A DNA stretch of 62,961 nucleotides, counting the filler, from Stramenopiles sp. TOSAG23-3 (lineage: Eukaryota): NCBI GenBank assembly GCA_900128585.1. It is 7 parts of 7 records of this genome, joined end to end, with 100 filler letters (N's around TTAATTAATTAA, not from the genome) between each part and the next. Parts side by side here need not be neighbours in the genome. Positions count along the whole stretch, not along the records: positions 27,044 to 35,956 come from LT642968.1; positions 36,057 to 44,967 come from LT642969.1; 5 more parts are not named here. The stretch is one strand, 5' to 3'. Within the stretch, counting starts at the first letter, position 1. Each line of letters opens with the position of its first letter. This document shows, in pieces, positions 30,903-42,434 of this stretch. Made by a program: the position numbers and the translations under genes. The notes below the pieces were generated by a model. It was given only the letters and a program-made list of their open reading frames with translations, was not told the origin of the DNA and did no database searches.

Positions 30903-31045
30903 AAAAACTAGGAGGGAGTTAGTGTTACGAAACATAACATTGAATAACAGCTAAAATGACGAAAAAACTTATTATTTTAACCAAAAAAAGTTCTATTTTA
31001 TTTTCACTATACCAATTTATATAGGAAGAAGTTATTACAAGTACA
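30903..31045 (-). repeat. ~145-bp dispersed repeat, copy 1 (Helitron-like 3' end)
   Basis: Highly similar to 34720-34862. The minus strand ends in hairpin TGTTAT-N5-GTAACA, 11 nt, then CTAG and a T-run. Confidence 0.7.
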
Positions 31046-31445
31046 ATATTTTTGGATTTTGCGATTCAATTCAATGTTTATTTCACCAAGTTTGAATGCT
31101 GTTAAAATTTAAGTAATTAAAACAATTTATCTTCTTCATATACCGCGACAGTGAATCTGCTACTTTTGTCCATTAAAGGTTTACATTTCTTCAATATACT
31201 GCAAACCTATCTCTGCTCCTTATATTTTACTAGTCAATATATCCTTGTCGCTTAGTCTTGACTATCATTTTCATGTGTACTCCATGCATGATCCGAATCG
31301 GCACTGTGGATTTGCGTCGATGTCAAAAGACCCATAGTCAACTTCCTCATTCGTTGTCTCACTCGTAAATGAATCAGTCCTTGTGTGATTTTCCGAGCAG
31401 GTATGTCGTAAGAAAGCAATACATATAAATAAGAAATTATCTCTC

Positions 31446-32510
31446 TTACAGTTTCGTTCCACCATAGCCTTTTGATTTGCCGTGGTAGTGAGAGCTGACC
31501 GCTTCGATATGTTCAGGAAAAACACCACAGCAGCCTCCAATAATCGACGCCCCTAACTTTACCCATTTTTCGACCTCCTTCAAATACAAGGCAGGCGTCA
31601 AGTCAGCTCGGTACTCGCCGCTGGTGGACGCAGAGCAATCGTGTGGGGAGATGTGGGTGTCCCTATTCGCTGCAACCCCTATCTTTTCGACCAATTTCTC
31701 CGTCGCTTCGAACCCGTTTGCGTAGGCTCCCACTTTTATTTTGTGCGTCAAATTCATAGCGGTCAACGTTTCAACAATCTCCCGAGTGGCTACCGTGATT
31801 GACTTGGGCGAGGAGCAGTTGCACAATACTGCAGTCAAATTTGGGCCAATCGCGTTCACGCACTCCCTCACCGCGTGGCTTATGCTCTCTCCAGATCGCA
31901 GGCGCCCCAGCTGATGCGAGTCGTCGCTTACAGTGAAGCTTACCCACACCGGTTTGTTGAACTTTGCAGCTGCAGTGCCTGCTGCCAATGCCTCTGCAAT
32001 GGTCGACATTGTTTCGCACAGAAAAATATCGACGTAGGGCGCAATAGTCTTCGTGATAAACTTGTAGTCCCTGTTCAGAACCTCCCTTTTTCCGACCAGC
32101 TCGTGGCGGTACGATGCGTTCAAGGGTGGAATGCTCGCTGCGATTGTGCACGCGTGATTTTTTGTCCGTCCTGTTGCGCCCAACCATGCGCGTTTCGCAT
32201 TGCTCGCGCACTTTCCAGCGGCAACAATGTACTTTTCAAGGTCAGCGTGGGTAGCAACTTCCTTTCCGCCAGTCCCACCGTCCATATTGGCGAGTACGTT
32301 TGGTATGCACGCATACGAGTTTGTCGTTATAACCTAAGCCCCTGATTTCAAAAATTCTACGTGCGCCTTTTCAACAAGACCAGGTTTGTTCACGTTTGCC
32401 GTGGCAACGTTTAAGAACCTCTCCAGAGAACCAATCTTTCCTTCAATCGTTACTCCCATCCTACGGAGTTGGTGTCCCATACCTCCGTCTATACAAAGCA
32501 CTCCCGCCAT
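31446..32510 (-). CDS. Homocysteine S-methyltransferase family protein with one in-frame TAG (32334-32336)
   Basis: From ATG 32510 it reads MAGVLCIDGGMGHQL...AHVEFLKSGA*VITTNSYA, in frame with the 279-aa ORF. ETM, NC, YANG and GGCCG Zn-binding motifs are intact. Confidence 0.9.
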
Positions 32511-33590
32511 TTGAACCGTAGTAGAAAACTAGCAGACCGTGTTGCTTCATAAAGTAGAACCAACGCCGTGCAGAATACGAATGCAATTACAACCACGAAA
32601 TGGTTCAAAACGATTAATTGTTGTATTATGCTTATTTTCTTTTTCCACGTTCTCGAATGGTTTTCTTTTATTATTTATAAATTATATATATTTTGTTGTT
32701 CAATAATATTTATTTTTTTATTTCTATTTATTATTATTGGACAAAATCATCCACAATTAAGGATATGTGTATATTTGATTATATGTACTGTGTGCATGTA
32801 ACTAAGGGATACTTTATCACTTTTTATTCTATTTTCTTATTATTAATATTGAGAAATGATTTAATCTAAATCCCTACTACAGACAAAGGCCTTATCATTA
32901 AAAAGGGTCTCACAATGTTATCTTATAGACTTATATCCTTAATCGTGGCTTTTCTTGTCCAGCCCTATTTTTTTTGTAAGTCTCCGTCCAACTCTCCTCC
33001 TCTCTTCTTCTTCTTTCTTATTTTTTTATTATTAAAAAAAATAATTGGCTGTTATTTACTTTGTTCTGTTGTTCTGTTCCTTTTCTAATTGGTACTATGA
33101 ACGATGAACGGGTACCGGTACGGGAACGGAAGGGAACCAGGATTTAATAATACCTCCTGGTAATACCTCTAATTGGCTAATAATAATAGTTATAATACGA
33201 GGAGGTAATGATAATAAATAAATTAATTATTTTTTAGTAATAATAATAAATATTAATATACTCGCTGTAAGTTGTACAGTAGAGAATTATTTGGTAAAAA
33301 ATTATTGATGATGGTTCGGGAAATGTTGCGATGATTCTACGATTCGTAACGTTCAAACTTAGAAGTGATTTTTAAATTATTTGTATAGAATTTTACGCAG
33401 CAGAAAAAAAATTTAATTATTATATATAATTACTTTTCATTTTAATATATATATATATAAATTTTATATAAAAAGTGTATGATTAATAATTTTTTACAAT
33501 TCACACAGATTCCTATACATCATGCACTGCAGCAATCTGCTGATTACTCAAATTAAAACTAATGACAAACAAATATAACCCGTGGACTGC

Positions 33591-34007
33591 TCAGCAGCAA
33601 CCGCATCCCCAACCGTAGTTGGCCATGCATCCACCAATATCCGCGCAGCCCCCACAGCCACCGTCATTGCCCAAGCAATTTGGGCTCGCGGGTTTAATAC
33701 CATTGGAGTAAGTGGCACGAGGGTCAACTTCGCCGCAGGTGGTTCCAGGTTGGCAGGTAGGATCGCACTGCTCCTGGCCAACAAACTCATCTTCCTCTTC
33801 AAAACCTCCATTCCGCCCAACATTTTCATCTTCATCGAGTGGTACATTGCTCCATCCGTCCCATGTGTTTTTCCGGCCCTGTCCGTCATGATCCTTGAAT
33901 GATAAACGACGAAACGAACCAGCACGTCCTGTGCGGAGCCTTGCCTCACTACTGGAAACAACAAATGCAAACACGCAAGTTGCTAAGATAAGTATTTTTG
34001 ATACCAT
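33591..34007 (-). CDS. Secreted cysteine-rich prepropeptide, unknown family
   Basis: ATG at 34007; signal peptide MVSKILILATCVFAFVVSSSEA; basic then acidic pro-region; C-terminal ~58 aa with 10 Cys; a GC-richer island in AT-rich DNA. Confidence 0.75.
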   Translation of the reverse strand: MVSKILILATCVFAFVVSSSEARLRTGRAGSFRRLSFKDHDGQGRKNTWDGWSNVPLDEDENVGRNGGFEEEDEFVGQEQCDPTCQPGTTCGEVDPRATYSNGIKPASPNCLGNDGGCGGCADIGGCMANYGWGCGCC

Positions 34008-34537
34008 AATGTATTTCAATCTGTTATAAGTTCAACAATATCGCGTGTGTATAATGCTTCTTTAATATGTCTCGCGCGATGATAAGACAAGCTCTTAGAT
34101 AACATGCAGATTTGTGGCCAAAGGATTAGCATATGTAACATATTATTATCTGTATTTACTAGGCCACGGCCAAAAAAGATATTATTTGTGTCGTCGTCTT
34201 CTTCTTGTGTCACCATTTTTTTAGTAGTTGTTGTGTCCTTGTAATAATATTATATTTTTTTTTTGGGGATGATGAGATGTCAAAAAAAGTTGAACAAGAA
34301 GAGGAGATACATTATTATCAAAAAAAATAATAATAAATAATAAAAAACATCAAATAAATAACATCACACAGCATCTACATTTGGAGTCAGTTTAAAAATT
34401 AAAAGATCGACGAAGAAGAAGAAGATGATTTAATAATACTTCAATATTTTTTTAAATATTTTTTTTTTTTTTTCTTCTTCTTGATCTCAGAGTCAGAGTA
34501 GTAGTACCTTGGTAATTGCAGAAATTACGGTGTGGGA

Positions 34538-34692
34538 GAAAGAGAGAAGAGAAAGGAGAAAAGAGAAGAGAGAAGAAGAGAGAAGAAGAGAGAAGAGAGA
34601 AGAGAGAAGAGAGAAGAGAGAAGAGAGAAGAGAGAAAGAGAGAAGAGAGAAGAAAGAAGAAAGAAGAGAGAAGAGAGGATAGAGGAGAGAGA
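34538..34692 (+). repeat. (AGAGAAG)n purine microsatellite
   Basis: Seen directly. Confidence 0.9.
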
Positions 34693-34719
34693 AATTTTTA
34701 TTATTATTATTTTTAATTA

Positions 34720-34862
34720 AAAAACTAGCAGGGAGTTAGTGTTACACAAAATAACATTGAATAACATCTAAAATGACGAAAAAACTTACAATTTTAACCA
34801 AAAAAAAAAGTTCTCTTTTATTTTCACTATACCAATTTATATAGGAGATTGTTACAAGTACA
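34720..34862 (-). repeat. ~145-bp dispersed repeat, copy 2 (Helitron-like 3' end)
   Basis: Direct repeat of 30903-31045; the hairpin stem is conserved and the loop differs. Confidence 0.7.
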
Positions 34863-35142
34863 AAAAATCATTGAATTTTATAAAATATCTCTTCTTTCTA
34901 AAACTAAATTTTTTTTGGAGAAGAAATCAAATTGAAAAGAAGAATATATAGCGAATAACAAATAGACGACTAATAATAAAATATTAAAAAACGCGAAGGA
35001 ACGTGCCATGCACAAAAGATTGATTATGGTCTGTATGAACGCACGATATATATTATTAGACCTAAACCTAGAGAAAAGCTGCCCTGTCGCTGACCGTTCC
35101 TTCCGTTTTGTCTCGCTGCGGGTATCGACGCGAAACCAAAAG

Positions 35143-35956
35143 ATGATAAATGCGGGTAAACCCCGCCAAAGAAAGCACAAGAGGCGTTCCTCCCGGAGAA
35201 CATGGCTCAAATGCCCACCTCCTTGCCTGTGTCTAATTCTACCGGCGATCACCCTTTACGTGACTCTGCGCGTCGTGCGAATGTTCAGCGCTGGCACTAT
35301 TGGACAAAACAACCTGCGGGTCCAGTCGATAGAAAACCTGCCTATCCCGTCGAGGAACGCGTTCATAGTAATTAACCTGAAGCGTCGGCAGGACCGGTGG
35401 CGGTGTGTTAAGAAAGAGTTTGACCGCGAGGGCGTGGATTTTGTTGAAGAGTTTGAAGCCACGGACGGGGAAGAGGTGTTTTCCAAAGAGAGGCGTGAGC
35501 GCACCATTATGAACCTTCCAATAATCAGTGCCGCTGCGAAACACGCCTTGCTTGGGGACAAGGGGATAAACAACGGCCATTTGGCGACCTTCATTTCCCA
35601 CGTTTCTGCGATTCGAACGATAGCTGTAAGGGAGCTGAAGCTAGGGTGCATATTCGAGGACGACGTGTCGCTTAAGCCGGGGTTTTTGGGTAGGGTAGGC
35701 ACCATGTACAAAGAGCTTCCAAAAGATTGGGACATTTTACTGCTGAGCCAATTTTGCCATCAGGCTAGCTGCGAAGTGAACCGAGGCATTGCCCCCATAA
35801 CGAAGCATTTACGCCCCATAAAGATGTTTTTCAGCGGCGCCGGGTACTGTTTGAATTCAAAAAGTGCGAAGAAAATATTGTCGACGCTTCCGTGCGAGGG
35901 CCGGCCTGGTTGCACGGTGGCCATCGATGGGTACATGGGGACCCTCGCTCGGCAAG
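35143..35956 (+). CDS. Glycosyltransferase family 25, type II membrane protein (3' truncated by contig edge)
   Basis: Basic N-tail plus TM helix; VINLKRRQDRW, FEATDG, SH and IFEDD motifs; GAGY. Confidence 0.85.
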
Positions 35957-36056
35957 NNNNNNNNNNNNNNNNNNNNNNNNNNNNNNNNNNNNNNNNNNNN
36001 TTAATTAATTAANNNNNNNNNNNNNNNNNNNNNNNNNNNNNNNNNNNNNNNNNNNN
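35957..36056. other. Artificial contig linker
   Basis: N44-TTAATTAATTAA-N44. Confidence 0.98.
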
Positions 36057-36225
36057 AGTCATAGTCACGAATTGATCCTACAATTGAGATAATCTTGAGA
36101 GTCTTAAAACATACTATATAATCAGTTTTTTTTTTATATATTTGTTTTCTGTTTGTTCGAATTAGTATGTGCCAATGAATTTCGCAGTTGAACACACCCG
36201 TGTCGCATTTCGTACAGTTCGCAAT

Positions 36226-37644
36226 TCACTGGATCGCACCTGCTTTCAGTAGGTCGACTATGGAAATAATGCTTTGGATTCCGCCAATGGTCCCGCCCAC
36301 GAGACCTGCAAATATAATGCATACTCCCCATATTTTCTCGGCAAATGTCATGCTATCGCCCCTCAGTTTGTATGAAAAGACGACTGGGAGAACAAATACA
36401 ATCATTGTCAAACAAACGGCGCCAACGAATTCCATTACTGGTCCGAAAAAGGGTACCATCACGGCCACAAAGCATGTCAGGACGACCATGCCGGTACGAA
36501 GCATCAGGCGCTTACATGCCCTTTTCGAGAGCACGTCGTCGTCACGACGGGTATGGCTTATGCCCATCGTTTGTTCCATCTCTGTCACCACAACATTCAT
36601 TAAAATAGGGTAAGCGCTCATTACATGAAACGCGATCATTAGTTTGGTTGTCGCCGTAATAGCCCCAAGTGCCGTGGAAGTGTCGCGCGGAAAATTACAC
36701 AGGATGGGGGTAAAGGTTATGTTCCCAAAGGTATAATACCCGGCCACCGCTGCAGTAATGTACACGGCCACGAGGCTCAAATATGCGGCGTTGAACGTTT
36801 TCTCGAAGTTTTCCGGTGTTTTCATGTGCTTTTCGATCGTTGGAAAGACTGCATGGCCCCCAAACGACAGGGTGATGGCTGCAAATGCAGTTGGAAAGTT
36901 TCTCAAATAGAACACCTTGTACGACACTGAGGTGTCCGAGTGCATGAAAAAGTCAGGATTCGTAGCGTTGGTGAACTTGTCTGGGAGAGGCAGATGATAA
37001 TTTTCTACCGTCGCGTCCGTAACCGGGCCAAAGATGAACGCGAACGCGATTATCTCTAGGACGACAAACCCCGTCGCCAACAGCCCAAACGCTGCGAGGG
37101 GGGCAATTTCACCCATGGTAGGGATCAAAGCGACAGGGAACAGCAAAAGAGAGGCGGACACTATGGTCCAAATTTTTGTCCATTTCGATATGTCGACTGG
37201 AGACGAGCTCCCGATGGAGTCGGCCAAAAACCCTTCCCCCCCTCCCCCTATCCCTTCCAGTAGAAATTTACCAGCCAATATTAGAAATATTGTGGTAACG
37301 CCAACCAGGGTCGCTTTGTGAAATATTTGCACGATATATCTACCATATTTTCCGTACGCCGCTTCGCCAACCTCGGGGTAACCCTGGAGGCGGTTTTGCG
37401 GTTGGAGTAGACCAACCCTGCTGTGGTCATAGAGGCACCTGACTATCCATCTCCCAGTCGTATTCGTCATCCACCCGATAAGAACGATGAGCACCAGGCA
37501 TAACCACCCACCTTGGAGCAAAGTATACGGCAGTTGGAGGATCCCCGTCCCAGCCATCGTACAAAGGATCGAAAACCAGCTACCCCATTCTATTCTCTGG
37601 TCACGCAGGGATTTCTTTCCCACTTCAATATTTTGCTCTGGCAT
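36226..37644 (-). CDS. Amino acid/auxin permease (AAAP, AVT1-like) transporter
   Basis: GTGILQLPY, YPEVGEAAYG, FGGHAVFPTI..MK.P, GY..FG and PFFG..M..VGA motifs; many TM helices. Confidence 0.92.
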   Translation of the reverse strand: MPEQNIEVGKKSLRDQRIEWGSWFSILCTMAGTGILQLPYTLLQGGWLCLVLIVLIGWMTNTTGRWIVRCLYDHSRVGLLQPQNRLQGYPEVGEAAYGKYGRYIVQIFHKATLVGVTTIFLILAGKFLLEGIGGGGEGFLADSIGSSSPVDISKWTKIWTIVSASLLLFPVALIPTMGEIAPLAAFGLLATGFVVLEIIAFAFIFGPVTDATVENYHLPLPDKFTNATNPDFFMHSDTSVSYKVFYLRNFPTAFAAITLSFGGHAVFPTIEKHMKTPENFEKTFNAAYLSLVAVYITAAVAGYYTFGNITFTPILCNFPRDTSTALGAITATTKLMIAFHVMSAYPILMNVVVTEMEQTMGISHTRRDDDVLSKRACKRLMLRTGMVVLTCFVAVMVPFFGPVMEFVGAVCLTMIVFVLPVVFSYKLRGDSMTFAEKIWGVCIIFAGLVGGTIGGIQSIISIVDLLKAGAIQ

Positions 37645-38068
37645 TGTACTATTATTAAGGCTTGTGCTGGATAGTGCTGGATAAAATATCTGAACAAACT
37701 TCTTTCGAATGTTTTAGAATCGGTTAATTCTTCCAAACTACTCTTGAACGCCGCAGCCGCCGCCGCACCCCCCCCAGACCCCCAGAAAGGTTTGGTGGGA
37801 TGTGGTGTGTTGTGCCCCTCCTGTGCTGCAACTAATCGTGCAATCAACAATAAAATACCAAGGAAGGTATTATAGTAGCTGTAGCCTGTAATAATCCTGT
37901 AATAATAATAAGATGATATCTTTTCTCCTCTCCTCAGCAAAACCTTGAATATTATTATTATTATTATTATTGATGATGATGATGATGAGAAGAAAAGAAG
38001 AAGAAGAAAGAAAAAAGATTGAAAAAGAAGATCAACAACAAACAAATGATGAAAATATTATAGTACCC

Positions 38069-39001
38069 TCACCGGCTCGTCTCTAGACATTGTGGAAATT
38101 CTGTGCCATGGCCATTGACGGAGAATGAACCCTTCGTCCCATGCGGTTGTATGAACGCCGAGTTGTGAAATGTTGCCTCCCCCTTTCTACTTCTTCTCGA
38201 CTTCAGGGAAACCTTTATTGTATTGAAATGTTTCAAAATGCGAGCCATGTAATCGGATGCATTTGACGACTGAAAAATGTTTTGCTGGCCAGCAAGGACA
38301 AGCAAAGACCCGCGATGCAGAAGGCTTTTTAAAGCTTCCACGATCCCATTCACTATGGCCGATGCATTTCCCGTCTCAAAAAGCTTGTTCGAATAAAAAT
38401 ATGACCCGAAACTATCCATGATTACCAAAGATACGTCTTCCAACAAAAGTCTGTCCATGGACAGGCGCATCAGCGCCATAAACAGACTGTGCGGGTTGTA
38501 ACAGGGAACTATGTGTATTCGAGACAGCGTGTCTCGTATGTGGGACTGCAGCAACGCGGGACTAGACCGTGCCTGGCGTGCAAGGGACGAGTTTGACCGA
38601 ATGATTTTATATTTTGCGACGCTCGATATTCTTTCAATGTCAAACTTTGAGTCCAAACTAAAATATACAACGGACTGGCGTTGGCCTCCAAAATCATCAC
38701 TGAGAGCAGACTTCACTGCGGCATGAACCAGCAGCTCGCTCTTGCCGCTTCCGTGGTCTCCCGAAATGCTAATAAATTGCCCACTCAACAAACCTCCACT
38801 CCCACCGTGGAAATCATTAGTTGGACCGGAATCACCACTATCTTCATTTTCTAAACCCAGACGATCAAGAAAATCAATACCTGTAAAGATCTTCTTGGCG
38901 CGCACGTTACCAAAAAACTCTAGTGCGTTTTCATCACATTTCAGCAGCTCGTGTATTTTCCAAGACAAAGACGGTTGGCGTGGGTTGTAACTGGGGTCCA
39001 T
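38069..39001 (-). CDS. XRCC2: RAD51 paralog, XRCC2-like
   Basis: TGIDFLD, Walker A GDHGSGKS, D.KFD..R, Walker B LVIMDS.GS.FY; no N-terminal HhH domain. Confidence 0.7.
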   Translation of the reverse strand: MDPSYNPRQPSLSWKIHELLKCDENALEFFGNVRAKKIFTGIDFLDRLGLENEDSGDSGPTNDFHGGSGGLLSGQFISISGDHGSGKSELLVHAAVKSALSDDFGGQRQSVVYFSLDSKFDIERISSVAKYKIIRSNSSLARQARSSPALLQSHIRDTLSRIHIVPCYNPHSLFMALMRLSMDRLLLEDVSLVIMDSFGSYFYSNKLFETGNASAIVNGIVEALKSLLHRGSLLVLAGQQNIFQSSNASDYMARILKHFNTIKVSLKSRRSRKGEATFHNSAFIQPHGTKGSFSVNGHGTEFPQCLETSR

Positions 39002-39614
39002 TTTATACGGGCCGGTTCACTCTGAGTAGTACAAACGTGTGTGCTTTAGTGCTATATAAAATCTACGGAGTGTTTTCTCATCTCGTATGTTTAATTTTGT
39101 TAAAACATCATCATCGGAAGATAGAAGAGATATTTTCAGTGCATGCAAAAGAAGATGCAAAGCAACAAATAAAACAACAACAACAACAAAAAGAAGAAGC
39201 AAGCAGCAGCAGCCAGCAACAAGAAGAAAAAAAAAGAAGAAGTATAGTAAGTAAGAAGAGAAGAAGAATTTTTTGTTGCTACACTGTTGTTGTTTGTATA
39301 CAAATAGACAATATATTGTATATATTTAATATTTATAACTATATACCTTAATTATAGAAATTACACAAATACACTTAATATATTGAATAAATTAAAGTTT
39401 AAGTAATTCATGAATAAAAGAAGAGGGCTTTCTTCTTTTTCGACAAACAACAACGACGCCGCGAGACGTATTCTAATCGTGTATATGTGTTAGTAGAATA
39501 TTTTAAACAATAGTTTGACGAAAGTATGTTACAATACAAAACAAAAATTAAAGAATTCTGAACAGGGTTAAAATGATTGTGGTAGCATGTATCGACCCCT
39601 ACGCTTGCTTTGTT

Positions 39615-39944
39615 TCAGGTGATGATAGCCAGCCCTTGCTTCTCCAGCGCAGCCGACCAACTTTGCAGGTCATTTTCATACAAATTTCTCATTTTATTCC
39701 GTCTAACAAGAACAAGCTCTTTATTTGCCATGCGAATTTCATCTTCTCTCATCTTCTGTTGCTCTGGCGTAATGCCTTTCAAATTAGCCTTTCGAAATTG
39801 GTCTTCTGCCCACTTCGCGACAGAGTTTGCTTTGAAAGTGTCCTTCTGATGTTCTAACCGCATCCGAACCTCAGCGTCAATCTTCTTGCGCTGCTGGATG
39901 GCATAGTCAGGCGCTCTGCGCGGCTTTTGTTTCTTTGGCGGCAT
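39615..39944 (-). CDS. CFAP141: Cilia- and flagella-associated protein 141-like (microtubule inner protein)
   Basis: ATG at 39944; A.W.E and ELVLVRR..MR.LYE.D...W...L..QGLA pattern typical of CFAP141/C1orf189. Confidence 0.65.
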   Translation of the reverse strand: MPPKKQKPRRAPDYAIQQRKKIDAEVRMRLEHQKDTFKANSVAKWAEDQFRKANLKGITPEQQKMREDEIRMANKELVLVRRNKMRNLYENDLQSWSAALEKQGLAIIT

Positions 39945-42434
39945 GAAGTCCTTCTTTGTATAATCAGGATTCAAACAAATGTACAACAATTGATTAAGTA
40001 GTCGGTTGAATATGTTTCTGGGCGGCCGGGTAATTTTTTCCTCTCGATAATTAACAATTTAACGCAATGGTTTCATACACAACCAACTGTACAAACGTTT
40101 GGTTTGGGTGTATCGAATGAGCAGTTGATGAAAGTAATAATAATGCGATGAGTAGTTGTTGTTGTTGTTGTTGTTGTGATCGATGATTATATGATATTAT
40201 ATGATGAAGAAAAAAAAAAGAAGAAGAAGAAAAAAAACGTCCATTATTTATTGTATATAGTGCTGTGTAGCATAGCCCTGTCCTTATCAATAATAAATAT
40301 TGATAACGACAATTATAGGTAAAATACAAGTATATAATTATTATTCTAAACAATAGTACAATTGACTTTTGCAACGGTTAAGCTCTCTTTTCGTTTAGTT
40401 CTATTTGATGTATTCTTATTATATAGGACACAATATGTACTGTAGAAACATATTAAGTAGATTAAGAATCCTTGGGACGTTTCGCTGCCAATTTAATTGT
40501 TTGCTGTGTCTATATTATGTAAAGTTGTCATGTCATTCTATGCTAGTCGTGTCTCTTTCTTTCTTCTTCAAGTTTTTTTTAACAATAACCAACGAAGAAA
40601 GAAAGAAAGAAGGAAAGTGCTGTGTATAGATATAATACGTACGTAGTGGACATTACATAATAGACAGACGATAGTTGGTAGTTTAAATTGTAGTCTTTTG
40701 AAGAGAAACGGAGCTAAATAAGAGGAGCAAAATAAGTACATGAATTGTGCTACAGTATGATCACAGTATAGAATATGTTTATTATTTATAAGAAGCAACA
40801 AAGCCAAGCCAACAAACTTCCTTTTTCACTTCTTCAGACAGATTTATTATTTTAACTGCTGGTAGCACAGCACTACTGTCCAGTCCATACAACAATACAG
40901 ACTATGGAAGGAAATTTGAAATTTATTATATATTATAATTTGCTTATATATTTTTATACTCTTTAATAAATCAAATATTCCACTACATAAGAGTATTAAG
41001 CGATTGAATGTTTTTTGTCTTGGTCTCCTTGGTCTTTTGGTTTTTCTTTGTTCTTCTTTGTTCTTCTTTGTTCTTCTTTTAAAAAATTAGAAAAAAAAGA
41101 AAAAGGAAAAAAAAAGAGGAAGGAAGAAAGGAAGGAAGGAAGAAAGGAAGGAAGGAAGGAAGGAAGAAGGAAAAAGAAACTCTGTAAAATATTTAAAACT
41201 GGAAAAAGGGATTAGAAACCAGTGCTATTTACCTTGTACCAAAAAACCAGTTGTGTAGTAATAATTGCGGAACCTTCCGCGCGGTTCATAGGTGATGTGT
41301 ACTACTGTAACAATAATAAAAATATAAACTATAGTGCTTCGATATTCGAACCTCGATATAAACTTCGCTTGATTTTTCAGGATGAATGGCGTGCACATTT
41401 CCCTACCTATATCCCTGTTAATGTATCATCATATATCAACAAACGAACGATCACAACAAAAGAATCAAAAAGGAAGGTAAGTGAATGAAAGAGAATAAAC
41501 GCATCTAAAACCAACAGGGGGACAGGCGGTCAGGGAGTCTTGGAGTTAGTTCGATTACATGCAATGAAAAAATAATGCTGCTGTGCTCTGTATATTTTAT
41601 TTTGTCAGTCTTCTTGATCGGTTCGGTCGGCTAGTTTAATTACACACACCAAGCAGTAACGCCAATGCTGTTGCCCTTATAAACAAATCAAATTGCATCA
41701 AACTAAAATAGGAGAAGTGTCACAAATTTCCCAATTTTGTTTGTTACGTAAACCTTCTAGAGCACGACCTGATTCCATTTTTGTTTTCCATTTTATTTAG
41801 GTATTAAATATATATATATGGAGATTGAAGAATGTATTTTACCTTTGTTTTGTTTTTTTTTTTAATTCATTTCTTATTTTTATGCCTGCTAGCTCAGTTC
41901 TAAGTAATGCTGCTGAAGTACCGGTGGTGGTGGCGGAAAGTGAAGTAGTCACTGTGATAGTGTAACTACTATAAATAATAAGAAAAAAAAAATATGAAGT
42001 AGTAGTAAAATTTAGATAGAAGAAGAAGGACCCTAGTACAGGCACGTAGTATCAAAGAAATTGTTGTCAGTAAAAAATGGGAAATGGGTTGTTTCGACAG
42101 TCAAACTAGCCAACCTCAGTGAATCATTACATGTACGAAACCAATTACAAAATGTATTTTTTGTGCCGGCACTGATCAGGAAGCACGCTCATATTGTTCA
42201 TTGCTGCGCACTTCCACGCGGTTACAACCAATTGTTTGACGTAGCGTTGGAATATATACAAACAAGTTGCCGTTGGTGCCTCGCGTGCGTGGTCCAGTCA
42301 GCAGCCGCTAATTCGAGGTTTCGGAGAACGTCTGTGAGTCTGTTGGAGCGTAGAAGATCGTCAAAAATTTGAGGATTTGATTGATTGTTTCACACGATCG
42401 AAATTTATAATAGTCGGGGGAAATTTCATAGGGT

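Noticed and set aside
32334-32336. Pyrrolysine decoding of the HMT TAG
   Set aside because: Pyl is known only from prokaryotes and different methyltransferase families. The site is not catalytic and no pyl genes are present.
33513-33593. TGA after GCGCC read as selenocysteine
   Set aside because: No SECIS-like structure is visible downstream, the readthrough sequence is not protein-like, and the Cys count is already even.
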